Part shown: positions 18,780 through 30,371 of the stretch, one piece after another
How positions within the stretch are numbered: position 1 is the first letter of the stretch
How the letters are laid out: every line of letters starts with the position of its first letter
Assembly (NCBI GenBank): GCA_963662665.2
Contig: CAXXJS010000016.1
Span: forward strand, 32,001-96,000
DNA: 64,000 nt
Direction of reading: 5' to 3'
Source of the DNA: Candidatus Latescibacterota bacterium
GTDB lineage: Bacteria; Latescibacterota; UBA2968; GCA-2709665
The notes under the pieces: model-generated
Databases searched by the model: none
Told to the model about the DNA's origin: nothing
Seen by the model: only the letters and a program-made list of their open reading frames with translations
Program-made: the position numbers and the translations under genes

Positions 18780-20684
18780 CTAAAGCCCGGGCACCCGGAA
18801 GCTCCAGACTTCCGAACTATGGGTGAAATAAAGCCGGCCTTCGTGTAATACGATTCCCGCGTTCGCGTTGACCGGGGGCTCCCCCACCTGCACGTGTTCG
18901 AACGAACCCGGCTCAATGCGAACGATCGCGTTGCGAAACAGCGCATAGATCCTGTCGTCGGGTCCAGTTGCCAGGATCCTTGGGGCCTGTTGGCCGGCGA
19001 GATCGCCGTATGGCAGTTTCGACTCGAAGTGAACGACTTCGCGCGATTCGGGATTGAAAACGAAGAACGCGGATCCGTCGGCGAGACCGTAGATCAGTCC
19101 GTCCGGACCCGGCAGCAGGTCCCGAATCTCCGAGGCGCCCGGCACAACGGCTTCGCGAAACAGCACCCGGCCTTCATCCGGATCCAGTAAGTAGAGTTCC
19201 GCCTCCTTCGCGCGCGCTTCCCCGCCCGTACCGGGGCTGATCGTCGTGCCCCCCACGATGTTCCCGCAGGGCGTTGCCGCGAGCGATACCGTGCTGTGAT
19301 CAGGAATGAGATCCTCGTGTGTCAGCAGCGTGTGGCTCTCAGATTCAGTATCCCAGATCAGCATCCCTCCGCCCGTCAATCCATACCCGGGCGTACCCGT
19401 CATGATCAGGCGCCGACCGTCCGGGTGCGCCAGCAACGCGTGCGGGCGGATTATCGTTGGGCTCACGGAAATCAGAACCCTTGGGTTCGGATTTTCCGGC
19501 GCTCGATCGGCCCAGGGCAGAAACGGATCGTATTCCCAGAGCCTGCCGCCCGAGTATTCTCCGCAATAGATTTTCCGGCCCTGAACGGAAAGCGCGTTAA
19601 GGTGTCCGCTCAGGTCCCATAGACCACGGTGGATGAACGTATCAGCCTGAACATCGTACGTATAAAACCGCAAGGGATGCCCGGTTGAACCGTGGATTCT
19701 GCCGTCCGGACCTTTTGCGATCGACAGAATGTGCGACCCGGCGGACTCAAAGTCGATGTCCAGCCGCCTGACCGTTCCCGCCTCCCGAACGTCGACGTAT
19801 CGCTCGGGCAGGTTGATCTCCTCCAGCGCCAGGCCGTCCGGAAAATTGTCCAGGACCGCCTCCTGGCTGCCGGCCGGAATGGGCTGCTCGGCGGCGGGCG
19901 CGTCCACGGGCGTCACCCCGCCTTCGAGCATTGCCCACCAGGGCCCGCCGTTGAAGGGTCTCCCGTACACCCTGCCGTCCACCCCCCGGTAGACCGTTGA
20001 TGCGCCGTGCCGGCGATCCGATTCGGGAACCAGCGTGGTCCGCTCCCCGGTTCCCGGATCGAACGCCACGATCTGCCCGCGCGTCGAGCCGATGCCCACG
20101 TAGACCCAGCCGGAACCGTCCACCGCGATTGTCCTGGGGTACTGCGGCCACGTCTCATGATTCAGCGGACCATGGTTTATCAGGTCGCCGCTGTCGGGAA
20201 CGTAACTGAGCAGTTCGCAATTGGGATACGCGGACGTCCAGACGACGCCGTGATCGTCCTCCGTAAACGACATCGCGAAATTCGGCGGCGCATCGGACCA
20301 GAACGTGAAGCGACGCGTTTCGGCGTCGAACTCAACGAATTTATCGAAATAGGAATAGAACCGGTTCCGCGTGGACAGGAGCACGGCAAACGGGGTAGAG
20401 GCCATTCCGAACGGGGTCGGAATCTGTTCCACCTGCCCCGTCCGCGCATCGATCACCAGAATCGAACCGCAGCCCCGGTGGTCCATCGGCCACGCCAGAA
20501 CTATCGGCCGCCCGTCGCCGTCAACCGTTGCCGCCACCCCTCTCGCGCGGGACACCGGGGCGGCCACGCCGTGCAGCGCGAACCCGTCTCCGATATCGCG
20601 TGTCCCAGCGCTTGCCGGACGCCTGATTGTCAGCGACAGGGCGATAAATAACGCCGCAAATGCCTCGATTGGTACGAGACTCAT
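18780..20684 (-). CDS. Hypothetical multi-bladed beta-propeller protein, possibly secreted
   Basis: Repeated GPDGxIY / DPxTG blade motifs; hydrophobic N-terminus. Confidence 0.65.
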   Translation of the reverse strand: MSLVPIEAFAALFIALSLTIRRPASAGTRDIGDGFALHGVAAPVSRARGVAATVDGDGRPIVLAWPMDHRGCGSILVIDARTGQVEQIPTPFGMASTPFAVLLSTRNRFYSYFDKFVEFDAETRRFTFWSDAPPNFAMSFTEDDHGVVWTSAYPNCELLSYVPDSGDLINHGPLNHETWPQYPRTIAVDGSGWVYVGIGSTRGQIVAFDPGTGERTTLVPESDRRHGASTVYRGVDGRVYGRPFNGGPWWAMLEGGVTPVDAPAAEQPIPAGSQEAVLDNFPDGLALEEINLPERYVDVREAGTVRRLDIDFESAGSHILSIAKGPDGRIHGSTGHPLRFYTYDVQADTFIHRGLWDLSGHLNALSVQGRKIYCGEYSGGRLWEYDPFLPWADRAPENPNPRVLISVSPTIIRPHALLAHPDGRRLIMTGTPGYGLTGGGMLIWDTESESHTLLTHEDLIPDHSTVSLAATPCGNIVGGTTISPGTGGEARAKEAELYLLDPDEGRVLFREAVVPGASEIRDLLPGPDGLIYGLADGSAFFVFNPESREVVHFESKLPYGDLAGQQAPRILATGPDDRIYALFRNAIVRIEPGSFEHVQVGEPPVNANAGIVLHEGRLYFTHSSEVWSFRVPGL

Positions 20685-20867
20685 ACCTGACGTTCCTTTC
20701 GATGACGGTCGTGAAAGCCAACGTATTCACGCCCGTTCAAACGCCGCCACGCCGAACCCGCCGTGCTCGTTCCGCGGACTCACGACGGCCGGATAGATTC
20801 CGTTGAAGCGCCCGTTCTTCATTCTTCCTCTTCATGCCGTATCGAATTCGCGAGTCTCCTGCGGTTG

Positions 20868-20897
20868 CAAATATGCCGAGCCCCGTTCGTAAAGTCA
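20868..20897 (-). promoter_or_regulatory. Putative promoter for the beta-propeller gene
   Basis: Minus strand TTGACT-17-CATATT. Confidence 0.35.
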
Positions 20898-21108
20898 AGC
20901 GGATGCGCCTGTACCCGGGCAATGACGACAGACAGCAGCACCATACCTGCCGGTACCGGAAAAAAGCCGACCGCTGATACAGTCGGCTCCTGCAAGTCCC
21001 CTCGGAAGTAATCCTGACTTCGCGACCCGGCGCACCGGACTCCGGTATGCTAACGCTGCCACGGAAGGAGTTCACAGCCTGGCTTGCACGTGACGGCGCA
21101 AAGTATCG

Positions 21109-21648
21109 TCAATTGCGCAATGTAATCCATTCGTTGTGCCCGAACAGGGAATATCCGACGGCAGCGAGGTTGACAGTCTCACCAACAAGGGGTCTGTAGT
21201 CCCTGCCGTTCAATGAAACCAACGAACGAACGTATACAGGCGCGTTTTCGAAACCACCTTGCCTGAGTTTCTCCGAAAGGTGCCTTGCGTATTGATTTAT
21301 CATATGCGGTCTGGTGGACATTTTGCGCCGCTGCCTGCGGGACAGTTCGGAGGTCGGCAGGACGACCAATTGACCGGTGTCCGGATCTCTGGTATGGAAC
21401 GATATCTCACGCGCACGCTTGTCCCGGAGTTTCATCCGCCAGGAAAAATTGTGTCCTTCGTCCGTCCATGCGACGTCGCCCTCTATGGCAAAATGGCGCA
21501 GCGGCAGAATCAACTGCGCGGCCGCGAACGCAGCCAGCAACAGGGCCTTCGCAGGGCGTCTGATCCCGTATCGTGTATCGTGTTTGCTGCCGGAATCCGA
21601 ATTCGCGGCGGCGTCAACCGGCCTGGTCAATACTCCATTCCAGTTCAT
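21109..21648 (-). CDS. Stand-alone C-terminal (lumenal) domain of a vitamin-K-dependent gamma-glutamyl carboxylase / HTTM-family protein; may be a remnant
   Basis: QLILPLRH..WTDEGHNFSWRMKLR, DPDTG, PHMINQYA, VSLNGR..LV, W: colinear with the GGCX C-terminal region; N-terminal HTTM helices absent. Confidence 0.78.
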   Translation of the reverse strand: MNWNGVLTRPVDAAANSDSGSKHDTRYGIRRPAKALLLAAFAAAQLILPLRHFAIEGDVAWTDEGHNFSWRMKLRDKRAREISFHTRDPDTGQLVVLPTSELSRRQRRKMSTRPHMINQYARHLSEKLRQGGFENAPVYVRSLVSLNGRDYRPLVGETVNLAAVGYSLFGHNEWITLRN

Positions 21649-21888
21649 TTTTCGAAGACGTTACCGAGGCCGGTCAGGCGCCCGTCACCACTACTCATCG
21701 AAATGGACTCGCATTCTGAAGAATTTCAGACCGTTGAAATCCGGGACGCCGTCCCTGGTACGTCCACTTCGCGGGTTGTAATCCCGATCAGTCTCAACGC
21801 AGGTCAGGACACTCGAGAGACGGACGGCGCCAGAAACGCGCAATGAAACTCGCAATCGAAAGAATCGCGCTAATGACGGATATGCCGG

Positions 21889-23430
<1,542 letters not shown>

Positions 23431-23468
23431 CTCCGTTTCCCTACCTGTAAGTATAAAATACAGAAAGG

Positions 23469-24164
23469 CTATTTGCGCTTTTTCTGAGACAGGTTGAAGC
23501 TCACGATGATCCGATCGGCGGCCTTCCCCTCGGCCCTGGATCGATTCGGAGCCACGCTATGGTACAGCCAACTCGGGAAGATCAGCATTCTTCCGGCCAC
23601 GGGTTTGTATCGGACTTTCGTCCAGCAGATTCGTGGTCGTCTGGTGCCGGGGATGTATCTGACGGGATTCATCAGGTTCTGGGTGCGCGGATCGATGAAC
23701 TCGATTCGACCCGAATTCGTGGGCGCCTGGACGTAGTAGACGCCGCTCCAGATGCAGCCGGGGTGGATATGTGCCCGGTTCACTCCACCCGGTGGATTGA
23801 TGATCGACCACATCGTGCCGATGCTCAGTTGATAGGACCTGTGATAACCGAGTTCGCGGCACATCAGGTCCGAAGCCGCGTCGACGCATTGAACCAACTC
23901 CGTAAATATAACGTCCTTGTGCATATTGACGTGGCTGTGCCAACTCCCCAACTCCGGAAAGTTCGACTTGGGCACCCCTGCTTCGTCGCGTTCTCGTTCT
24001 GCGTAGATCGCCTTGATCACGTCGGCGTTCAGAAGCTCGCTGTCCGGTACTTCCAGAGAAAAAATGAGCGTCGGGAAATAGGGTTGCACCTTGAGCGCGT
24101 TTTCGGACAGACGAGCCGCCGGGCCGCAGTCCTCGGCGCCACGGTTCGGAGTGTCGCGCGTCAC
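23469..24164 (-). CDS. Putative 2OG-Fe(II) oxygenase, TIGR02466-like
   Basis: FPT start, WSIIN..HIHP..WSGVYYV, FIDPR, LIFPSWLYHSV, RIIVSFN. Confidence 0.88.
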   Translation of the reverse strand: MTRDTPNRGAEDCGPAARLSENALKVQPYFPTLIFSLEVPDSELLNADVIKAIYAERERDEAGVPKSNFPELGSWHSHVNMHKDVIFTELVQCVDAASDLMCRELGYHRSYQLSIGTMWSIINPPGGVNRAHIHPGCIWSGVYYVQAPTNSGRIEFIDPRTQNLMNPVRYIPGTRRPRICWTKVRYKPVAGRMLIFPSWLYHSVAPNRSRAEGKAADRIIVSFNLSQKKRK

Positions 24165-24435
24165 TTTATTTCCTCATCGTCACGATAAGGGACCTCGCAC
24201 TAATCCTTCATTTCACTAACGGGCGGAAGTCCAGGAGGCCATCCTCGGGCCCTTCCCTGCTGGAATCGGTCTGAAAGACCGTAGTCTTACGAATGTATCG
24301 AAATGGCCGCGCTAATTCAAGAATTATCCTGGCGCTGGCGGTGCGGCGAACAAAGGAAATGGCCGAGTGGAAACGAAGACGTCGATCTGATCGCGCGCCG
24401 ATGCAGGTTGATTCGGGGCACGACTTGCCGCTTCG

Positions 24436-25011
24436 TTACAGATCCTTGTACCAGGTCAATTCCACCTCGTCCAGGCCCTCGGCGCGATAGGCATAGAGAT
24501 GGACTTTGCCGAGCCGCGCGCCCATGCGGGCGTAAAAGCGGCAGGCGGCGACGTTGACGTTCTGGGTCTCGATCTTCAACTGTATGCAGCCCCTTTCCCT
24601 GGCAGAGGCTTCCACACGATGAAACAGCGCCCTGCCGACGCCCCGTCCGCGATATTCCGGACTGACGCGAATGTCCCACAGGCCCGCGAGGTCTCGTCTC
24701 CCTTCGCAGTAGTTCAGGCCGTCGCCATGAAACGCGACGATGGCGCCGCCGATGCGCTCGTGATCGAGGAAGGCACCCAGGAAGATCCATTTCGACAGGT
24801 CCCAAGGTTTGCGGGCCCATCGTTCGGGGCCGTCGGGCCGGTCGTAGTCCTTGATCCAGGGTGGATTCACGGCTTCCTCGATCAGCCGGATTCCCCCGAG
24901 GCCATCGGATACCTGCTCGATGCGAAAGCGGCGCTTAACCTCGAAGGCGATGGGCACCTTCCCGTATTCGGGCAGGACGCCGGCGGTTTCTACCTCTATC
25001 TTGAACTCCAT
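24436..25011 (-). CDS. GNAT acetyltransferase (streptothricin-acetyltransferase-like)
   Basis: LWDIRVSPEYRGRGVG, IETQNVNVAACRFY. Confidence 0.85.
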   Translation of the reverse strand: MEFKIEVETAGVLPEYGKVPIAFEVKRRFRIEQVSDGLGGIRLIEEAVNPPWIKDYDRPDGPERWARKPWDLSKWIFLGAFLDHERIGGAIVAFHGDGLNYCEGRRDLAGLWDIRVSPEYRGRGVGRALFHRVEASARERGCIQLKIETQNVNVAACRFYARMGARLGKVHLYAYRAEGLDEVELTWYKDL

Positions 25012-25356
25012 TGGCGTTCCGGTCTCGTCATGGCGATGCGACGGAAAAAGCGTATAGGGTATCTCGCGGTATGTCTTCCGTGAAACTCTGCGGCTGGAAT
25101 ATTGGGCGTCCTTGTCCCGGTACCATTTGATATGTGAAACGTGATGAAGATACCGATATCTTTAAACCGCGGTCAAGTTCCTTGTGCGGCGAAACGAAGT
25201 GCGTCAGTTATGTTTTACACGCGGCCTGCTTCATCCGCCGGAACCATCGGTCAACAATCCGGACCACGCATAACCCGTTAATTTCATTGCATTTTGTGAG
25301 TACTTTGTCTATTTTCCGTCTTTCGTTTTCAAACTACGGATCAAGGCATTCCCATA

Positions 25357-26733
25357 ATGACCCGAAAAACCGTCGCAGGGCTGATTCTCGCCGTCCTTCT
25401 GCCGCTGGTCGTCCTCCTGTATCCGGGCGACGTCGGCACCGTGCCTCGTCTGGCGCTGGCGTTGTCTCTTGCCACCGTTGTGCTGTGGACCTTCGAACCC
25501 GTCCCGCTCGAATACAGTTCCCTGCTACTGATCGTCCTCTTCCCCATCCTGGACGTACTCCCGTTTGAAACCGCCTTCGGGCCCTTCTCCAGCAGAACCG
25601 TCTGGCTGATATTCGCCGGCATGGCGCTCAGCCTGAGCATCACCGAAACCCCGCTGGGCGCCCGGATATCCCGCCTGGTGCTCGGACACATCGACAGCCT
25701 GCACGGGCTAATCCTCGCGCTCCACGTCCTGGGCATGCTCTCGGCGCTTCTCATACCTTCGGGGGTCGTGCGGATCCTGATCCTCATGCCCCTTATCATC
25801 ACCCTGCTGCGGACGCTCGGCGAACCCCCCGGATCCAGAGTAAGCGCCGCGCTGATTCTTTCTCTGGCCTGTTCCACATATTACGGCGGCACCGGCGTCC
25901 TTACGGCTTCGGTGCCCAGCCTGGTGGTCTTCGGCGTTCTGGAATCCAGGGATATTACCGTCTACTGGGGCCAGTGGGCAATGTATCTCTTTCCTGTGTT
26001 CTCCTTCTGCCGTGTCGCGTGCTGTTACCTGCTGATCCGCCTGCTACTGCCACTGCGAGGCGATTCCCGTATCCGGACGAAACCCGAAGGCGATCCCGAC
26101 GTGCCCGATGCCGTTACGCTCGAAGAAAAGAAAACCCTGTGCATCCTGCTTGCGGGCGTGCTGCTGTGGGCCACCGACGCGCTCCACGGCATCCACCCGG
26201 CCTACGTTGGCCTGGGGCTGGTTCTCGCTTGTTATCTTCCCGGATGGGGACCTCTCCACCCTGATCTGCTGAGAAAGGTCAACTTTCCCCTGCTCATCTA
26301 CATCGCCGCCGCGTTCTCCGTGGGGCATGCCCTTGAAACAACCGGCTACAGCCCCCGCCTCGCCGAGTTGTTTACGGACTGGCTTTCACACGCAGGCGAA
26401 AGCCTGTTCTCCAAACTCATCCTGCTCTCTGCAGTCATTCTGCCTTTCAACTTTCTGGCGGACACGGCTGCTGTGGCCGCTATACTCACGCCGGTGCTTC
26501 TGGACGTGGCCGCCCAGTCCGACATCGCGCCGCTCCCCGCCGCATTCTGTATGGCCATTGTCGCAAGTTGCGGGTTTTTTCCTTACCAGGCGGCGCCGTT
26601 CATCCTGGCGTACAGCTTTCGCTACGTGCATATGGGCCAATTCATCCGTCTGATGGTTCTCCTTGCGCTGGTTTCGCTCCTGCTTCTGATCCCGCTCAAC
26701 TTCCTGTATTGGGGACTGATCGGATTGATCTGA
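25357..26733 (+). CDS. SLC13/DASS family anion permease
   Basis: LW.FEPVP, WLIFAGM, IPSGVVR, PYQAAP motifs; more than 10 TM helices. Confidence 0.82.
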   Translation: MTRKTVAGLILAVLLPLVVLLYPGDVGTVPRLALALSLATVVLWTFEPVPLEYSSLLLIVLFPILDVLPFETAFGPFSSRTVWLIFAGMALSLSITETPLGARISRLVLGHIDSLHGLILALHVLGMLSALLIPSGVVRILILMPLIITLLRTLGEPPGSRVSAALILSLACSTYYGGTGVLTASVPSLVVFGVLESRDITVYWGQWAMYLFPVFSFCRVACCYLLIRLLLPLRGDSRIRTKPEGDPDVPDAVTLEEKKTLCILLAGVLLWATDALHGIHPAYVGLGLVLACYLPGWGPLHPDLLRKVNFPLLIYIAAAFSVGHALETTGYSPRLAELFTDWLSHAGESLFSKLILLSAVILPFNFLADTAAVAAILTPVLLDVAAQSDIAPLPAAFCMAIVASCGFFPYQAAPFILAYSFRYVHMGQFIRLMVLLALVSLLLLIPLNFLYWGLIGLI

Positions 26734-26878
26734 GAATCAGGTAAAGCGACCGCTGATCCCGTCGCCGCAGACGTACTTCAAGCCCTTGACATTCCCTTTA
26801 GCGCTTGACAAGCCCAGGATGTACGGGTACCATCGATGGTTCGACTGTAATGGTGCCAATTCACAATGGAGATGCCCG

Positions 26879-28496
26879 ATGGATGCACTGCAAATCAACG
26901 GAGACACGGCCCTGGCCCGGGGCGCAATCGAGGCCGGTGTCGGCTGCGTTACCGGGTATCCCGGCTCCCCCGGCACAGGTACGTTTACCGCGCTTGCCGA
27001 GACGGCGGACGAATACGGCCACGATACCGAGTGGTGTCTGAACGAACGCATTGCCCTGGACGTTGCGGCCGGCGTATCCCAGGGCGGCCGGCGGGTGCTC
27101 GTATGCTTGAAGAGCGTGGGCATGAACGTGGCGCTGGACACCCTGATGGTTCTGAATATGACCGGCGTTCACGCTGGCCTGGTGATCCTCATGGGCGACG
27201 ATCCCGGCGCGTGGGGGTCCCAGAACGAGCAGGACGGACGATTTTTCGCCCCCCCTTGCCGAAATCCCCATGCTCGAGCCGGCGACGCCTGCGGAAGGCC
27301 GGCGAATGATGCGCTGGGCCTTTGATTTCTCGGAAGCGTTCCGGACGGTCGTCATCATTCGCATTACCCGGAGCTTCAGCGTCTGCGAAGCCAACCAGCC
27401 CCCTGTCCGCAAGCCCGCGTCCTTGCATGCGCTGGAACCGGACAGGGAGCCGATGCGCTGGATTTCGTCACTGTCCAACTGCATACCCAACCACCGACGG
27501 CTCCATCGAAATCTCAAGGACATCTCTCAAGCGTTCGAAGGTGTTCCCTTCAACCGGATCGAGGGCGACGGGGACATGGGCGTCATCGCATCCGGATTCG
27601 GCCACACCAAACTCAAGGACGCGCTGGAAGGTGCGGATACGTCGGATCTCAGGTACCTCAAACTCGGTTCTCTCTATCCCCTTCCCAGGGGCCTTATCAC
27701 AAATTTCCTGAAACAATGCAGACAGGTCCTTGTACTTGAAGAAGTGGACCCGTATCTCGAAGACAGCATTAAAACCATCGGGTACGACGCGGGCGTCACC
27801 CCGAGCGTCATCGGCAAACGCAGCGGTCATGTACCGGGAGAAGGTGAACTCTTCCGATGGCAGATGCAGAAAGCGCTGAAAGCCCTTCTGCCGGACATGG
27901 CGCCGAAGCGCGTCTTCAACGAAGCGGACTGGCAGAAGGAAAAACCATACAGGAAGTCACACTGCGCCGGCTGCCCTTACAATGACATCCTCTCCGCGCT
28001 GCGTGAAGAAGCGGCCGCCCTGGGCCAGAACCCATTTCTCACCGCCGATCCCGGCTGCGTTGTCATTGCCGCCCGATACCTCGACACCAAGCTGTGCATG
28101 GGATCCGCGGTCGGCGCCGCACTGGGACTCCGGAAAGCGGGAGTTCGAGAGCGTGTCGTGGCCATCACAGGCGACTCGGCCTTCTACCACAGCAGCGTCA
28201 ATGCGCTGATTCATGCCAGATCCACCGGCGCCGACCTGTTGCTTGTGGTCCTCGACAACGCCGGCTCACTCACGACCGGAGGCCAACCCACCCCCGATCG
28301 AGGCGTCCCGGCCAACGGAAAAACCGGTCCGGTCGTTGGCATCGACGACCTGGCAGCGGCCTGCGGCGTCGACCCGGTCTGGACGGTAGAAGAAACGGAT
28401 ACTGAGGCTCGCATGCGCGCTATCTTCCGTGAAGCCCTGCAGACCGAAGGGCTCGGCCTGGTGACGATTCGCAAACGCTGCGAACCGGTGGACTGA
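26879..28496 (+). pseudogene. iorA: Indolepyruvate:ferredoxin oxidoreductase alpha-subunit-like, split by a +1 frameshift (real or sequencing error)
   Basis: GYPGSPGT, NERIALD, KSVGMNVA, DDPGAWGSQNEQD; then PMLEP.., CAGCPY, DPGC, CMGS, GDSAFYH..DN TPP motif; junction at C7 run 27249-27255. Confidence 0.82.
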
Positions 28497-28565
28497 ACGA
28501 GTACGTTTTTTCGCCGGCGGCAGGCAGGGGCGGGAACAGACAAAAGACGTTACAAAAGAAAAACA

Positions 28566-28604
28566 GGCTCCTCCGGGCTATCCAGAAATCCCGTGGGAGC
28601 CTTT
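28566..28604. terminator. Probable terminator between convergent genes
   Basis: GGCTCC..CGGG / CCCG..GGAGCC then TTTT; A-tract on the left. Confidence 0.45.
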
Positions 28605-28749
28605 TGAATTCAGTAAACGCAGTGCGGTCAATGTCCCGGCTTGCGGCTGCGGGGGGTTCCCGGTTCAAGAAGCAAGCCGACCACTGCAAGTTCATTACAG
28701 CGCGACGAATTGATTCGCGCCTCGACTTTCTTGCTCCGCCCGCCTGATC

Positions 28750-29331
28750 CTAACGGAATTCGATGGATGACGCGATTGAACGGTATTCCTCTGTGGGAAA
28801 GGCGGCGGACGTCCCATTGCCCATCATCAGATAAGCCTTTCGCCCGTCCAGCACGACCGAAACGAAAAACCGGTCTCCCCGCCGACGCAGAAATACAGTA
28901 CGGAAAGTCCACTCGATGCCATCGCGCCCCGATATCTGGAACGTGCGCTTCTCCTCGGCCCGGTATCCCAGGAAGGTGGATTTGAACTCCTCCTCGAGTT
29001 CCGCCGCAACGGTCTGAAGCGTCGCGGTTTCCGAAAGTGCGCGGGGCCTCAACGTCAACACCGCCCCGAATCCGGCGATCGGCTCCCGGTTCATCACCAC
29101 TTCAACCCGCGGCAATCCATTTATCTCCCGGGCCTGAAAGTTGGTCTGCGCCGTCCAACCCCACGCACCGGGGACCGAAACCCTGAATCCCCACTCATCG
29201 TTCGAATACACCCGGTCGCCGTTGGAATCGTTGGTCGGATTGTTGGCGGTATCCTCCGGTATAGGACCACAACTCTGCATCGCGGCAACACATACCAGGC
29301 AGAACCAGATTGTGGAACGGTTTCCGGACAT
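28750..29331 (-). CDS. Hypothetical lipoprotein (PsbP/DcrB-like fold suspected)
   Basis: Signal with AMQSC lipobox-like site; Y.N..WGF.VS.P..W start and SIEF end. Confidence 0.6.
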   Translation of the reverse strand: MSGNRSTIWFCLVCVAAMQSCGPIPEDTANNPTNDSNGDRVYSNDEWGFRVSVPGAWGWTAQTNFQAREINGLPRVEVVMNREPIAGFGAVLTLRPRALSETATLQTVAAELEEEFKSTFLGYRAEEKRTFQISGRDGIEWTFRTVFLRRRGDRFFVSVVLDGRKAYLMMGNGTSAAFPTEEYRSIASSIEFR

Positions 29332-29641
29332 GGAGTTCGCCTTCCTTTGTGCAAGAAGCATGATCAATGCAGACTTCCGGCCATTGGTCTGTTGCGGCGC
29401 CCACGTGGAATCCGGACACCGTTGACCCGGAATGCGGCGACTGAACGCCAAAGGTCAATAGAAATAAATCGAATCCGCGGCCTGAACGATGGAATTCGGC
29501 TCCCGACAGGCCGGATTGACAATCGTCTCACGGTTAAAAAATCCGGTGCGCAGGCAAACGCCGCGAGACTGTGTTGCGAGCAAAAACCAGGGGGTTTGCG
29601 GGGCCGGCACGCGATTTCCTCCCGAATACCTTCCGAGACAG

Positions 29642-30319
29642 TCAGCGCACAATGCCCAATCGTCTCCATCGGATCTTTTCGAGCGGATTCCAAAGCGGCG
29701 CTCCAGAATTCCAGGAAAAATAGATCAGTAGCGGATGCGCCTTCACTTTGTCAAGCGACACCGTCCCCCAGTACCTGCTGTCGTCGCTGTTGTCCCGGTT
29801 ATCCCCCATCACGAACACATGACCCGGCGGCACCGTGTATGGTCCGTAGTTGTCGCGCGGGCTATACCGTTTGGACTCCGTCCGCCGGTCCAAAAACTTC
29901 ACGCCGGCGGGATTTGCAGACGGCTTGCCGTCCACGTATACCACCTTGTTTCTGATCTCTATGGTCTGCCCGCCCACGGCAATGCATCGCTTGATGAAAT
30001 CACGTGACGGATCCTGCGGAAACTCGAAAATAACCAGATCCCCGGGTTTGGGAGAACGGAAACCCGGGAACCGAAACGAAGGCAGCTTGTAGTTCAGGAC
30101 AGGCAGACGATCCGGAATCTGCGTGCCGAACGTCAGCTTGTCCCCGAGCACATAGTCGCCCTCCATCAACGTATTCTCCATGGATCCTGATGGGATGTGG
30201 TAGGCCTGCACCAGCGTTGCACGGATCAATATCGCCAGAAAAACCGCAAAAAAGATTGATTTCAGATAGTCGATCAGTATCCGTCCGGTACGCGGCCGCC
30301 GCGGGCGCTCTGATTTCAT
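29642..30319 (-). CDS. lepB: Signal peptidase I
   Basis: IPSGSMENTL, FIKRC, MGDNRDNSDDSRYWG. Confidence 0.95.
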   Translation of the reverse strand: MKSERPRRPRTGRILIDYLKSIFFAVFLAILIRATLVQAYHIPSGSMENTLMEGDYVLGDKLTFGTQIPDRLPVLNYKLPSFRFPGFRSPKPGDLVIFEFPQDPSRDFIKRCIAVGGQTIEIRNKVVYVDGKPSANPAGVKFLDRRTESKRYSPRDNYGPYTVPPGHVFVMGDNRDNSDDSRYWGTVSLDKVKAHPLLIYFSWNSGAPLWNPLEKIRWRRLGIVR

Positions 30320-30371
30320 AGGTCAACCTCCAGATCGTCTTTCTCTAAAGAACAAACGGAAACACACAGGC

